This document shows, piece after piece, positions 26,382 through 40,808 of a stretch of DNA of 64,000 nucleotides; positions within the stretch are counted from its first letter, which is position 1; each line of letters begins with the position of its first letter. The notes below the pieces were generated by a model. It was not told the origin of the DNA. It did no database searches and saw only the letters and a program-made list of their open reading frames with translations. The stretch lies in NCBI RefSeq assembly GCF_009914755.1, contig NC_060934.1; one strand, given 5' to 3'. Origin of the DNA: the human T2T-CHM13v2.0 reference genome, Homo sapiens. The translations under genes and the position numbers were made by a program.

Positions 26382-26533
26382 TTTAGTTCTCGAGGGGTTT
26401 TGTGTTTTTGTGTTTCAAATGCTTTTAGTGCAGGGTTCATAGGATAAATTTTGAGATTTTTAATTGAAATAAGATAAATTAAGTTATGATCATAGATAGT
26501 AATAAATCATGTAGATGTATCTAGTTGTGGCAT
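26336..26533 (-). pseudogene. ATP8 NUMT pseudogene
   Basis: ATGCCACAACTAGAT start; overlaps the ATP6 start as in mtDNA. Confidence 0.88.
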
Positions 26534-26534
26534 C

Positions 26535-26602
26535 TCACTGTAGGGGAATTTAAAATCCTCAGTTTTTAACTTTAAAGGTTAATGCTAATTAGCTTTACAG
26601 TG
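26535..26602 (-). pseudogene. mt-tRNA-Lys pseudogene
   Basis: CACTGTAAAGCTAATTAGCATTAACCTTTAAAGTTAA...TACAGTGA. Confidence 0.9.
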
Positions 26603-26605
26603 ATA

Positions 26606-27288
26606 TTATAGTATAGATGCTGATCAGCTTTCAAAGTATTTTAGGGGAACTAATTCAAGAACAATGGATATGAAGCTGTGGTTGGATCTGCAGATTTCTG
26701 AGCACTGGCCGTAGTAAAGTCCTGATCATGTGGATGTTAAGGTTGCTTGATTTAATTGCCTAGGGACTGCATTTGTTTTGAGACCCAATGATGGGACAGC
26801 TCATGAGTGTAGAATATCTTCTGATGAAATTAGTATGCAAATGGGGATTTCTACTGGGAGAACTACTCAATTACCAACTTCAAGGAGTCGTAGTTCCCCT
26901 GGTTTTAGGTCTGTCGTAGGGATCAGGTAGTTATCAAAGCTTAAGCCTTTGTAATCTGTGTACTCATAACTTCAGTATCATTGATGTCCTATGGCTTTGA
27001 CAGTGAGAGGGGGTTATTCACTTCATCCATCATATATAGGATGCATACAGATGGGAGGGCGATTAAGATTAGGATAATAGCGGGTAAGGTAGCTCATACA
27101 GTTTCTACTTCTTGGGCATCTGTAGTGCTAGTATGCATTAGTTTTGTTGTTAATATGAGGGAAATAATATAGAGAACTAGGGAGCTGATCAGGAAAATGA
27201 TTATGAGAGTGTGATCATGAAAATGGAGTAGTTCTTCTATAATAGGAGATGTAGCATCTTGGAGACCTAGTTGAAATGGATGAGCCAT
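26606..27288 (-). pseudogene. COX2 NUMT pseudogene (1-nt deletion near 27010)
   Basis: [26 protein letters not shown]...[17 protein letters not shown] in the mitochondrial code; 683 nt. Confidence 0.96.
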
Positions 27289-27357
27289 GAAGATATATAG
27301 GATTCTAACCTATAAATTAAGTTTGACAAAGTTATGTAATTGTTTTACTAATATTCA
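27289..27357 (-). pseudogene. mt-tRNA-Asp pseudogene
   Basis: ACTTTGTCAAA anticodon arm, directly upstream of COX2. Confidence 0.88.
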
Positions 27358-27359
27358 TG

Positions 27360-27427
27360 GAGAAAGTCATAGAGGTTATAAAGGTGGCTTGAAACCAGTT
27401 TTGGGGGTTTGATTCCTTCCTTTCTTG
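27360..27427 (+). pseudogene. mt-tRNA-Ser(UCN) pseudogene
   Basis: GGCTTGAAACC anticodon arm; lies between COX1 and tRNA-Asp on the opposite strand. Confidence 0.88.
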
Positions 27428-27428
27428 C

Positions 27429-28957
<1,529 letters not shown>

Positions 28958-28966
28958 AGGTATAAG

Positions 28967-29032
28967 GGTAAAATGGCTGAGCAAGCATTGGACTGTAAAT
29001 CTAAAGACAGATGTTGAGCCATCTTTTTAGCA
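28967..29032 (+). pseudogene. mt-tRNA-Tyr pseudogene
   Basis: GGTAAAATGGCTGAG...GACTGTAAATC. Confidence 0.9.
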
Positions 29033-29098
29033 GCCCTGAGGTGATATTTCATGTTGACTTGCAAATTCAAAGGAACAGCTTCAATCCTGCCTGGGCTT
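29032..29098 (+). pseudogene. mt-tRNA-Cys pseudogene
   Basis: TTGCAAA anticodon loop, WANCY position. Confidence 0.85.
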
Positions 29099-29133
29099 CT
29101 GCTGCCTTTTTCCCCCCTCAACAGCGGGAGAAG
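29096..29133. other. Decayed mitochondrial light-strand origin (OL) hairpin
   Basis: cttctgctgcc-ttttt...cagcgggagaag between tRNA-Cys and tRNA-Asn. Confidence 0.8.
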
Positions 29134-29197
29134 TAGATTGAAGCCAGTTGATTAGCTGTTAACTAAATTTTCATGGGTTTAGGTCCCACCAATCTAG
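29134..29197 (+). pseudogene. mt-tRNA-Asn pseudogene (~9-nt deletion)
   Basis: TAGATTGAAGCCAGTTGATTAG...CTGTTAACTAA. Confidence 0.88.
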
Positions 29198-29198
29198 C

Positions 29199-29267
29199 AA
29201 GGGCTTAGCTTAAGTAAAGCAATTGATTTGCATACAATTGATGTAGGACAGAGTCTTGCAGTCCTTA
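29199..29267 (+). pseudogene. mt-tRNA-Ala pseudogene
   Basis: AAGGGCTTAGCTTAA...TTTGCAT...GCAGTCCTTA. Confidence 0.88.
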
Positions 29268-29278
29268 AAGTTTATTTA

Positions 29279-29346
29279 CAGAAATTAAGTAGAGTCTACC
29301 TACTAAGGGCTTTGAAGGCTCTTGGTCTAATTTAACCTAAATTTCT
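29279..29346 (-). pseudogene. mt-tRNA-Trp pseudogene
   Basis: AGAAATTTAGGTTAAATTAGACCAAGAGCCTTCAAAGCC on the minus strand. Confidence 0.9.
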
Positions 29347-29427
29347 AGGTTATAGCTAGGAATAGTGGGGAGATGGGTAGGAGGAGAGCAGAGGAGGTAA
29401 TGAGTGGGGCCAATATATATATATGCA

Positions 29428-30090
<663 letters not shown>

Positions 30091-30916
30091 TAGTGAAGTA
30101 GAGTAGATTAGGCACATATAAAAGTACAGATTGAATAGGGCTATGGTAGCTATAATAGTGGGTATAATAAGGCTATTGTTTTTTTGTAAATTCTTGAATA
30201 ATAGTCCATTTGCATAGGAACCCTATTAATGGGGGTAAGTCTCCTAAGGATAACAGGATAAGTAGGATTATGGATACTAGTCATGGTAACTTATTTCAGC
30301 TGTGGGATAGTGATAGAGTTGTAGTGCCTATGCTTGAACTAAGTATTATAAATATAGCTACCGTCAGGATAAGATAAATAATTAGGTTTAGGATAGTAGT
30401 GTTTGGGTTATATGTTAAGATTGCAATTAGTCAGCTCATATGAGCAATTGATGAGTAGGCTAAGATTTTTCACAGTTGTGTTTAGTTGAGCCCTCCTCAG
30501 CCACCTAACAGAATAGACAACATTGTGGCCGCTAGTAAAATGTTTGGGTTTATTGAGGAGAAAATTTGAAATATAATGGAAATAGGGGCTAGTTTTTGTC
30601 ATGTGACATTTTGTCTCAGATGTCAATGAGATTCCTTTAGTTACTTCTGGGACTCAAAAGTGGAAAGGAGATATGCTTAATTTTATTGTTAAGGCCATTA
30701 TTATTAAGGATGCTACTTGATTGATTGAGTTTATGATTGTTCATCATCAGGAGTACGGTATATTGGTAATGACCCCTATTATCAGGATTATGGATGCAGG
30801 TACTTGTGTAAGGAAATAGTTGGTAGCTGCTTCTGTGGAGTGGAGGCTTGTTTTTAAATTAAAATTGGGATAATGGCTCGTATATTTACCTCTAGTCCCA
30901 TTCAGATGAGAAGTCA

Positions 30917-31281
<365 letters not shown>

Positions 31282-31320
31282 GATAGTGAAAGAGACAGTA
31301 AGTTGGGTTAGAGGATTAAT

Positions 31321-31389
31321 TAGTACAGAAAGGGTATAAATCAGCATTTTTGGGGTATGGACCCCATAGCTTATTTAGCTGACCTTACT
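31321..31389 (-). pseudogene. mt-tRNA-Met pseudogene
   Basis: AGTAAGGTCAGCTAAATAAGCTAT...CCATACCCC. Confidence 0.9.
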
Positions 31390-31390
31390 G

Positions 31391-31462
31391 CAGGATATGG
31401 TATATTAGGTAGCATGGAGAATTTTGGATTCTCAGGGGTAGGCTCAACTCCTGTAATTCTAG
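31391..31462 (+). pseudogene. mt-tRNA-Gln pseudogene
   Basis: GAGAATTTTGGATTCTC anticodon arm. Confidence 0.88.
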
Positions 31463-31528
31463 AAATAAGAGGATTTAAACCTCTATTATTTATTCTATCA
31501 ATGTAACTCTTTTATCGGACATATTTCT
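31460..31528 (-). pseudogene. mt-tRNA-Ile pseudogene
   Basis: AGAAATATGTCCGATAAAAGAGTTACATTGATAGA. Confidence 0.9.
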
Positions 31529-32480
31529 TATGTCTGAGGTGGAATACTAGATATTAGGATAGGCATAGAAATATGTCATATGCAAAGTGCTAGAGTGAGT
31601 GGTAAGAAGTTTTTTCATAGAAGATGCATGAGCTGATCATAACTGAATCAGGGGTACAATACTTGAACTCATAAAAAGAAGTTGTTAAAAGGAGGGTTTT
31701 GGTGATGAAATTTTTGGTGTAGAGTTCTGGTTTATAAATATTATATAGTGCTCCTAGAGAAATAATAGTGATTAGGGCATTTATTATAATGATATTTATA
31801 TATTCTGCTGTAAAGAACAGGGCAAATGGACCTGTGGCATATTCAATATTAAAACCCGAAACTAACTCTGATTCCCCCTCTGTTACGTCAAATGGGGCTC
31901 TGTTAGTCTCTGCTAGTGTGGAGATGAAACATATTATGGCTAGAGGTCATGATGGTAGGAGTAGTCAGATAACTGTTGTGTTACGATGAGTGTAGGTAAA
32001 TTAAATATGCCACTTATCAAGAGGACTGACAGGAGAATGATAGCTACGGTAACTTCATATGAATTTTTTTGAGCTATTGCCCGTCGTGCACCAATTAGTG
32101 CATATTTTGAATTGGGTGCCTGTCCCAACATAGGATAGAGTAGATGGCTAGGCTTGATGTGGCTGTATGAATAAGAGACCTATATTAAGAATAAGTAAGG
32201 GGTATGGTATGGGCAAAGGAATTTATATAAGGAGTTCGATAGATAGGGCTAGGGTTGGAGCGATAATGTATAGAGGAATGGTGGATGCTAATGGTCATAG
32301 AGTTTCTTTAATATAAAGTTTTATTGCATCTGTAAAGGATTGATGTAGTCCATATGGACCTACAATGTTAGGTCCTTTGCATAGTTGCAGATAGCCTAAA
32401 ATTTTTCATTCAATGAGTGTAAGGAATGCTATGGTGATGAGAGTGGGGATAATGAGTAGAAAAAGGTTAATTATAGGCAT
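31529..32480 (-). pseudogene. ND1 NUMT pseudogene
   Basis: ATGCCTATAATTAAC start after the tRNA-Leu 3' end (CTCTTCTTAACA); NSKYALIGA-like and [12 protein letters not shown]-like segments. Confidence 0.94.
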
Positions 32481-33022
32481 ATTGTTAAGAAGAGAGCCAA
32501 GCCCTTTTCTCTTCTGCCAGGATATGTAGTGATTTCCCAGCAGGCTGTGATGTCTCTATAAGAGTCTGGACCTGTTTTTCCTCAGATCCCCTTTTTGTCT
32601 TTTCCTGCTTCTGCTCTGAGTTGCAGGGAACCAACCCCATGGTCTGTGTTTCCCAAGCTCTTAGGAGAACTGGTTTCTGGCTGGAATCAACAAAAGGGAG
32701 ACACTGGTGGAGATTAAAGGGTAGGATGAAGAGAGAAACCAGAATATTTCTTCTCTTTCCCTTCTGCCTAAGGCAACATCTCTAGCAGCAAATTTACCTA
32801 TCACATTTTTATTTCTCTTCCATGGCTCCAGTCTTTCACCATGAAGTAAGCCATAAGTTTTTCATTGATATCCTTTATCAGATTGAGGAAGTTTCCTTCA
32901 ATTTGTAGTTCACTTAAGTTTTAATCAAGAATGGATTTTGAATTTTGTCAAATGCTTTTAGTGCTTCTGTTGCAATGTGTATTTTTTCATCTTTTATTCT
33001 TTAATGTGGTCAATTGTATTGA

Positions 33023-33194
33023 TTTTTTTTAAAAAAATAAGATGGGATCTTGCTGTGTCTCCCAGTCTGGAGTGCAGTGTCTATTCACAGGCACAATCAT
33101 AGTCCACTGTAACCTTGAACTCCTGGCCTTAAGCAGTCCTCCTGCCTCGGCCGCCTATGTAGCTGGGACTGCAGGGATATGCCACCAGGCCTGG
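33023..33194 (-). mobile_element. FAM (fossil Alu monomer) within antisense L1M fragments
   Basis: Monomer carrying the 7SL-like GCCTGTGAATAG segment (ctattcacaggc on the plus strand). Confidence 0.75.
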
Positions 33195-33624
33195 ATTTGA
33201 TATATCGTTTTTAAATGTTACACTAACCTTGAGTTGCTGAGATAAACTCCAGTTGGTCATAATGTATTATCCTTTTAACACATTGCTGTAACTGATTTGC
33301 TAATATTTTGTTAAGAGCTTTTATATTCAGGGAAGATATGGATTTATAATTTTCTTTCCTCATGTAGTCTGTCAGGTTTTGTTATTAGAATTTTTCTGGC
33401 CATGTACAAATGAAGTTATTGCCTGTCAGCTCCAACTCCACCTCCACCCTTCTTTACCTGGTCTGTGGGAAGGGAGCTGGGCCATGTGACTATTTCTTCT
33501 TTGTCAGCTGGCACCATATGAAGTCTTATTAGTAAAAAGTGCTGAGGGACACTGCAGGAGTAAAGGATCTCCTCTTCCTGTAGTGTGGGCATTCTTCAGT
33601 GCTTGGCTAGTTTAGCATGGTGCC

Positions 33625-33998
33625 TGTCTTACCTTGTTTTGTGCTGCTATGACAGAGTACCCGAGATGGATAATTTGTAAAAAACAGAAATTTATTCTTT
33701 CACAGTTCTGGAGGCTGGGAAGTCCAAGATCAAGGCACAGCAGTTTAGTGCCCAGTCTCTCTGGTTGTAAGATGGCACCTTGAGTGCTGTTTCCTCATGG
33801 CATTCCCTCACATGGCAGAAGAGCAGAAGAGAGAACCCACTCTCACAAGCTCTTTTTATAGCAGCATTAATCCATTCATGAGGGTAGAGCCCTCATGACC
33901 TAAACACTTCCCAAAGGCCACACCTCCCAATACCATTGCATTGGAGATTAAGTTTCAACATGGCATTTGGAGGGGACAAAAGCATTCAAACTATAGCA
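33625..33998 (-). mobile_element. MaLR LTR (MLT1A/MST-type)
   Basis: tgtctta...cagttctggaggctgggaagtccaagatcaagg...actatagca. Confidence 0.8.
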
Positions 33999-34462
33999 GT
34001 GGCTTCTCCAGCTCTGTAGTCCTGCAGCATGTGACAGCCAGCTGCGTATAGCAGACTGGGTACCTTCTCAGGTGGCTTCACAGTAAAATGCTGCTGATGA
34101 GGCACCTCTCATGAAGGGCCATCCCATCAACACATTTATCAACTCTGCAGCAAGATCTGAGGCATAGCACCTCACTGTGGACTTGGCATCCTAGAGGGCA
34201 TATTTCCATCAAGTCACACCAGCATGGCATCTTAGGCACCCCGGTGACTCCTCCATCATCCAGTGAGCCATACCATGCCCTCTTCAATGAATTTTGAATC
34301 TCAGTCCAGGAAGGAGGAATCTCTTTTGGTTACTCTTAGCTCAGCCCTAGGGATAGTGGTTGCTTCTTATATTTGCTACCCCTATCTTCTTTAGGGTCCT
34401 CTTTAACTCTTACTCTACAATTCCCTGTTATTCCAATCTCCAGTTAATATTTCTTTATATTG

Positions 34463-34743
34463 GGCCAGAGGCAGTGGCTCTCTCCTGTAATCCCAGCACT
34501 TTGGGAGGCTAAGCTGGAAGAATTGCTTGAGCCCAGGAGTTCAAGACCAACCTGGGCAACAAAGACGGACCCCATCTTTATAGAAAATTTAAAAAATTAG
34601 CCGGGCATGGTGGCTCACACCTGTAGCCCCAGCTACTTGGGAGGCTGAGGTGGGAGGATTGCTTGAGCCCAGGAGGTCAGCGCTGCAGTGAGACATGATC
34701 ATGCCATTGTACTCCAGCCTGGGTGACAGAGCAAAACCTTATC
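34463..34743 (+). mobile_element. Alu (AluJ-like) lacking an A-tail
   Basis: Dimer consensus that ends abruptly at L1 sequence. Confidence 0.88.
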
Positions 34744-34744
34744 A

Positions 34745-35522
34745 TTTTTGGTTCGATATGAATTTTTTAAAAAGTTTTTTCTGGTTATGTGAAGAATGTC
34801 ATTGGTAGTTTTATAGGAACAACACTGAATCTGTAAATTGCTTTGGGCAGTATGGCCATTTTAATGATATTGATTCTTCCAATCCGTGAGCATGAAATGT
34901 TTTTCCATTTGTTTGTGTCATCTCTGATTTCTTTGAGCAATGCTTTGTAATTCTCATTGTAGAGATCTTTCACTTCCCTGATTAGCTGTATTCCTAGGTA
35001 TTTTATTCTTTTTGTGGCAATTGTGAATGGTATCGCATTCTTGATTTGGCTTTGGCTTGGTTGTTGTTGGTGTATAGGAATACTAGTGATTTTTGTACAT
35101 TGATTTTTGTATCCTGAAACTTTGTTAAAGTTGTTTATCAGCTGAAGAAGTTTTTGGGCTGAGACCATGTGGTTTTCTAGATATAGAATCATGTCATCTG
35201 CAAATAGGGATAGTTTGACTTCCTCTCTTCCTTTTTGGATGCCTTTATTTTTTTCTCTTGCCTGATTGCTCTGGCCAGAACTTCCAATACTGTGTTGAAC
35301 AGGAGTGGTGAGAGGGGGCATCTTTGTCTTGTGCCGGTTTTCAAAAGGAATGCTTCCAGCTTTTGACCATGCAGTATGATATTGGCTGTGGGTTTGTTAT
35401 AGATGGCTCTGGTTATTTTGAGGTATTTCCCTTCAAAACCTAGTTTATTGAGAGTTTTTAACATGAAGAAATGTTGAATTTTATCAAAAGCCTTTTCTAC
35501 GTCTATTAATATAATCATGTGA
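34745..35522 (-). mobile_element. L1 ORF2 reverse-transcriptase fragment, frameshifted
   Basis: ORFs 35189-35518 and 34785-35321 contain [34 protein letters not shown] and IKYLGIQL. Confidence 0.93.
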
Positions 35523-35524
35523 TA

Positions 35525-35733
35525 TTTATTTATTTATGAGACAGAGTTGTGCTCTTGTCACCCAGGCGGGAGTGCAATGGCGCAATCTTGGCTCACTGCA
35601 ACCTCTGCCTCCCAGATTCAGCGATTCTCCTGCCTCAGCCTCCCGAGTAGCTGGAATTACAGGCGCCGGCCACCACACTCAGCTAATTTTTGTTTTTTTT
35701 TTAGTAGAGATGGGGTTGCACCATGTTGCCCAG
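35525..35733 (-). mobile_element. Truncated Alu (AluS-like)
   Basis: Right arm and part of the left arm only. Confidence 0.85.
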
Positions 35734-35839
35734 ATTTATGTTTTTTAATCCACCCAGTTTGTGATATTTTGTTATAAAAGTCTGAGCAGACTAAGATGGA
35801 TTATAATCCAATACTGCATTATTTATTTTAGTGCCCAAA

Positions 35840-36098
35840 TTGTTTGAATCTGCCTATGACCTGGAAGCCCCCAACTTCCAGTTGTCCCACCTTTTGGGAC
35901 TGAACCCATATACATCTTACATGTATTGATTGGTATCTTATGCCTCCCCAAAATGTACAAAACTAAGCTGTAGCCCCACCACCTTGGGTACATGTTCTCA
36001 AGATCTCCTGGGCCTGTGTCACAGGCCATTGGTCCCTCATATTTGGCCCAGAATAAATCTCTTCAAATATTTTACAGGGTTTGACTCTTTTTATTGAC
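35840..36098 (+). mobile_element. MER4-type ERV1 LTR, 3' portion
   Basis: aaaactaagctgtagccccaccaccttggg...agaataaatctcttcaaatattttacag...ttgaca. Confidence 0.7.
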
Positions 36099-37568
36099 AC
36101 CAGTTGTAACCCATTTCCCATTTTGACAACCAAAAATATTTTCTTCTTCAAGGAAGCCTTGGCTCTGCTTTTGAGGTCTTTCAACTGACAGAAGCATGGT
36201 CATCTATATTACCTAGGATAATCTCTCTTGCCTAAAGTCAACTGATTAAGACCTTTAATCACATCTACAAGATATATTCACAATAATATTTAGTGTTTGA
36301 ATAACTGGGGACTTGTAGTCTAGCCAGCTGACATATAAAACTGCCCATCACAAGAAGTGTTCATTTTTCCAGCTCAAAGAAATGGTAGTACTAATCCCCT
36401 GTCAGTAATTTGTTTGGTCATGGCCATGTCATGAAAGTCTGGTCAATGTTGTAGAGGGGGAATTTTGCAGAGGAAATTATGGAGCAGGTTTGCTCTTTTA
36501 CAAGGAGACTCTAGGAAGAGATTGTTTCTTATTCTTCCGTTTGTTATTCTTCTGTTGGTTACTGTGTCTGGATGTTTAAAACAGGAACGACTGTGGCCAA
36601 TTATAGCCTGAAACCATAACTGACACATTAAGGATGCAGAGTGGAAAGATGCAAAGAATATAAGCCCTTGATGAAATCACTGAAGGCACCATCCCTGGAG
36701 CTTTCCTTACCTTTTTATGTGAACAACACATTTTCCTTGTCACTTAAGCTACTTTATAGTAGGTTCTCTGTCATTTGTAGCAGCAGAAATGATTTCTCCT
36801 GACACACAGGCTCTCCCCACATTGTGGAAAAGATGGCCACTACCAGTAGCACAAGCTTGTTTCTTTTAGTTTGTTTTCTTTTTACTTTAGCTTAGCAACC
36901 CCAGTGGAAAAGGACACTTTTTCTCTTAAGTGTCAGCAACAGTCCCGAGAAGGCTCCCATTGGCCCAGCTTAGGTCACGTGTCCATCTCTGAACCAACAC
37001 CATAGCTGGAAGAATGGAGTACGCTGTTGGGTCAGACCTGGTCCACATGGCCACCTCTGGAGCTGGGAGTGGGATTAGCTCTATCAGGACTATATGGACC
37101 AACAGTGGAGGATGGCTCGTTTCCTAAGGGAAAGTTGGCATGCTGACATCAGAAAGGGCGGGGAGAATGTATGCCTGGCAGGCTAAAGCAACAGGTGACC
37201 TCTCAAACATCCTTCACAGGCTTGCCTCAACTTGTCTCTTCATAGGGATTTCTTATTGTTCTCCATAACTATTGCTCCAGAACAAACTCTTCTACCCACA
37301 GGCAGCTCAATTCAACAGATTTGGAAAAAAACTCCTGCCATGTAGTGGATAGATCTGAATACTCAAAGGGGAAGACAACATACCTCTTGATTTTGGGGAG
37401 CTCTCTGTCTTTTGACATCACCCCCTGCATGGATGAGTTTCCCTCCTCCAAACACAAAAGTACTTCCTTGCCAGTGCTTTAAGTCCTACTGTAATCCCAA
37501 CTTCTTTCCAGACTCTGTGCTTATGAAGCCCTTCTTACTGCCTGCTTTGAGCCAGTCATTCATCAGGT

Positions 37569-37962
37569 ATTGTGGACTGTATGTTTGTGTTCCTCCAAAA
37601 TTTGTATCTTGAAGCCCAGCCCCCGGTGCGATAGTATTTGGAGATGGAGTCTTTGGGAGGTAATCAAGGTTAGATTAGGTCATGAAGGTAGGGCCGTCGT
37701 GATGACATGATTATCCTTATAAGAAGACACACTAGAAAGCTCACTTTCTCTGCCTCCCGCCTTGTGCACAAAGAAGAGTTCATGTGAGCACACAGAGAAA
37801 TGGTGGCCACTTTCAAGCCAAGATATGAGGCCTCAGAATGAAGCCTACTTTGCCAGCTCTTGGTCTTGGACTTCCAGGCCTCCAGACTGTGAGGAATAAT
37901 TTCTGTTGTTAAATCCACCTAGTCTATGGTATTTTGTTATGACAGCCTGAGAAGACTAAGAC
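37569..37962 (+). mobile_element. MLT1B-like MaLR LTR
   Basis: tgtttgtgttcctccaaaatt...ggacttccaggcctccagactgtgag...gactaagaca. Confidence 0.82.
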
Positions 37963-39384
37963 AGTTGGTCTTATTTTATGAGAGTGTGAGACCCCAACTC
38001 TTGACTGAAAGCTCCCTTTGTATACTTCCGTTAATTCTTCACAGTTTTTGGCAGGGGCCAAACAGCTGTGAGGACCCTGGGGCCAGAGCTGAGATTTGAA
38101 CCCATATTCTTTTTGTCCTAGCAGGCTGGCTATGCGGAATCAATTCTGAAATCCCTTCCCCCTCATGAAGTCTTGTGCCACATAAGCAGTTTGTTTGATC
38201 CATTTATTGTTATGTAAAGAGAATGTGTAGAGCACTTTATTCACTTGTATTTTGAAATACACATCCATACCTAAGAGTACATGGAATGTGGATGTGCAGT
38301 TGAAGAATAATAAAGCAAACATTTGCATAGCCCCATTATGTTAAGACAGAACATCATCAGTACCTGTGGGTCCACTCCAACCACATTCCCTTCTTATGTG
38401 TTTTTATTTCTATTTTGATAGAATATACATATATGTGTATATATATATATATTCATAAATAATGTATCCTTTTCATCTGGAAAACTGAGTAGCAAGCGCA
38501 AACCTAGCAGAACAAGAAAAGAACAATGCTATCACTCTTAGGTGAGAGCTCTGAGAATAAGATGGGCTGGGTCATGGTCTAATTTCAGCTTCATTGTGAG
38601 TTTACCAGAGTCCTCCTGGGAGAGGTCAGTGGGCCAGGACATGGCGCATTCTTGGAAATGCTGTGTTCTTCACAGTTGGGGTGTCTGGCAGGGCAGTGTG
38701 GGCTGAGTCTGTGCATCTGGTAGGAATGTGGTCAAAGGAGCTGTTCTGTGTTTTATGCTTCTCAGCTCCACGTGCCCAGCCCCCAGCTCCTAAGAGTCTG
38801 TCCAATCAGGACACTTTGGGGATTACCTTGAGGTCCTCAGCTGAACCACGCATAGGGTGTGGAGGGGAGAGAGGAACTTCATCATGGTAGAGAAAAGCCA
38901 TGTTTAAAAAGGAATTTGGGACAGATGCATCAGGGCACGTTCAGGTTAAAAAAAGAGTATGATGGCAGAAGGATCTTGGTAATGCCATGTCCAACTTTTG
39001 AGACACATGACTTTGATCTGGTCAGCTGCCTCCTCCACCTGGTGCACTGCAGTTATCCTGGAGCCTCCCTCAACCATTGTCAAAGGGGTTACCTTTGTCT
39101 CTTTCCTCCATTGGATCTCTTGCTTCCCACTTATACCATGTATAATCAATAAGGGGCAGCCAATGACAGTAATGGAGAACTATTGTTTCAGAATAATGTC
39201 TCCACTGAGGTAAAATATAATGCACAACATATAAAAACAATATCTAACTTCCATTTGTCAAGATGGGATACACTTATCTTTCCATGCTCCTTTTCACTAA
39301 GTACAACTGTCAGCCCTAGAAATAATGCAGGGGACAACTAAGGGAAAACTGCGAAAGGGAGAAGAAGGAAGCCAAACCCGTTGG

Positions 39385-39998
39385 TATATTCGCTTCCTAG
39401 GGCTGCCAGAACAAAGCAACACAAACAGGGCAGCTTAAAACAACAGAAGTGTATTAACTCACAGTTTCCGAGACTACAAGTCCAAAATCAAGGTGTCAGC
39501 AAGGTTAGTTCCTTCTGGAGGTTCTGAGGGAGAATCCATTTCATGCCTCTCTCCTAGCTTCTGCTGGTAGTTGCCAGCAATGCTTGGCATTCCTTGGCTT
39601 CTAGATGCATCACTCTAATCTCTGCCTTCATGGTTACGTGGTGTTCTCCCTCTTTGTGTGTGTCTCTGTGTCCAGAAACATCCCTCTTATCAGGTCACTA
39701 CTCATTGGATTAAAACCCACCCTAATCCAGTACTATCTTATCTGAACTAGTTACATTTGAAAAGACCTTTTGTTGCAAATAAACCACAAGCTGGCTGGTG
39801 TGGTGGTGCACACCTGTAGTCCCAGCTACCTGGGAGGCTGAGATTGGGAGGAATTCTTGAGCCCAGGAGTTCAAGTGTTCGAGTTCAGCCTGGGCAACAT
39901 AGTGAGACCCCATCTCTAAAAAAATTAAATAGAGTCCACATAAGATAACACTTTGAGGTTCCAGATGGACATGAATTTTGGGGAGACATTATTCAACC
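39385..39998 (-). mobile_element. MLT1C-like MaLR LTR split by an Alu monomer (~39790-39930)
   Basis: agggctgccagaacaaag...aaaatcaaggtgtcagc...attattcaacc. Confidence 0.75.
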
Positions 39999-40703
39999 TT
40001 CAGGGATCCAGGATAGGAGGAATGACATAGCAGCAGGGTGCCTTACAAACCTCTACCTAACAGAAGAAGAAAGGAAAGACTCAGAGTCCTTTCTTTCCTT
40101 CTAGGACCTGAGAGTCTATTCCCCCACCTAGCGATAATGGGTGGCCCAGAGTAATTGCAAGGGGAATCTGGCCCCACACAAGAGAGGGCAAGCTCAGGAA
40201 ACTTTTCAGTACTGTGAACTTGAGATTCTCTTCCTTCATTCAGAGTCACCAGGCAGCTAGGCAACATCAGCAAGGGGCATCCTGCCACAACAGAGCCCAT
40301 CCTGGAAGCACTAACAGTACCCCACAGAAAGGAAGAATCCTGCCACAACAATGCCTAGCTCGGGAAGTGCTTTTTATAATCACAGGCTAGAGGCCTCCCT
40401 CCTTTACCTAGAGGCAGTGGGTGGCCCAGCCTGGAGAATTTCCTTCACTCTCTGAATCTGCATCAACAGGGACAAGTGGAGCCCCAGTAGCACAAGATAA
40501 ACCAAACAAGCAAACCAAATAGCACCACGTAGGCTATTTGAGCCAGTGCAAATTAGATGGTCATTAAAAATACAGCCCACAAAAGTAGATCAGAACCTGT
40601 ATGCTAAATCTAAACAGGATGATTGCATGTTAAAATAAAAATTTAAATAGGAACCAAAGTCTCTTAACTAACAGTCAAAATGTCCAGTATAGAATTGGAA
40701 ACC

Positions 40704-40808
40704 ATCCACCATATTGAGAACCAGAAAAATTGTAGTTTGAATGAGAAAAGAAAATCAACTGATACTAACACCAAGATGAATCAGATGTTGGAATGATCTG
40801 ATAAGAAT
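40704..40808 (+). repeat. 105-bp direct repeat, copy 1 (native L1M position)
   Basis: Identical base for base to 43788-43892. Confidence 0.95.

Noticed and set aside
27094-27288. 64-aa COX2-like ORF as a nuclear-encoded micropeptide
   Set aside because: It is the NUMT read in the standard code up to the first TGA-Trp; no promoter or expression evidence, and a frameshift follows
34785-35518. Reverse-transcriptase ORFs as an active element or novel RT system
   Set aside because: An ~0.8-kb frameshifted internal L1 ORF2 fragment with no ORF1, promoter or 3' end
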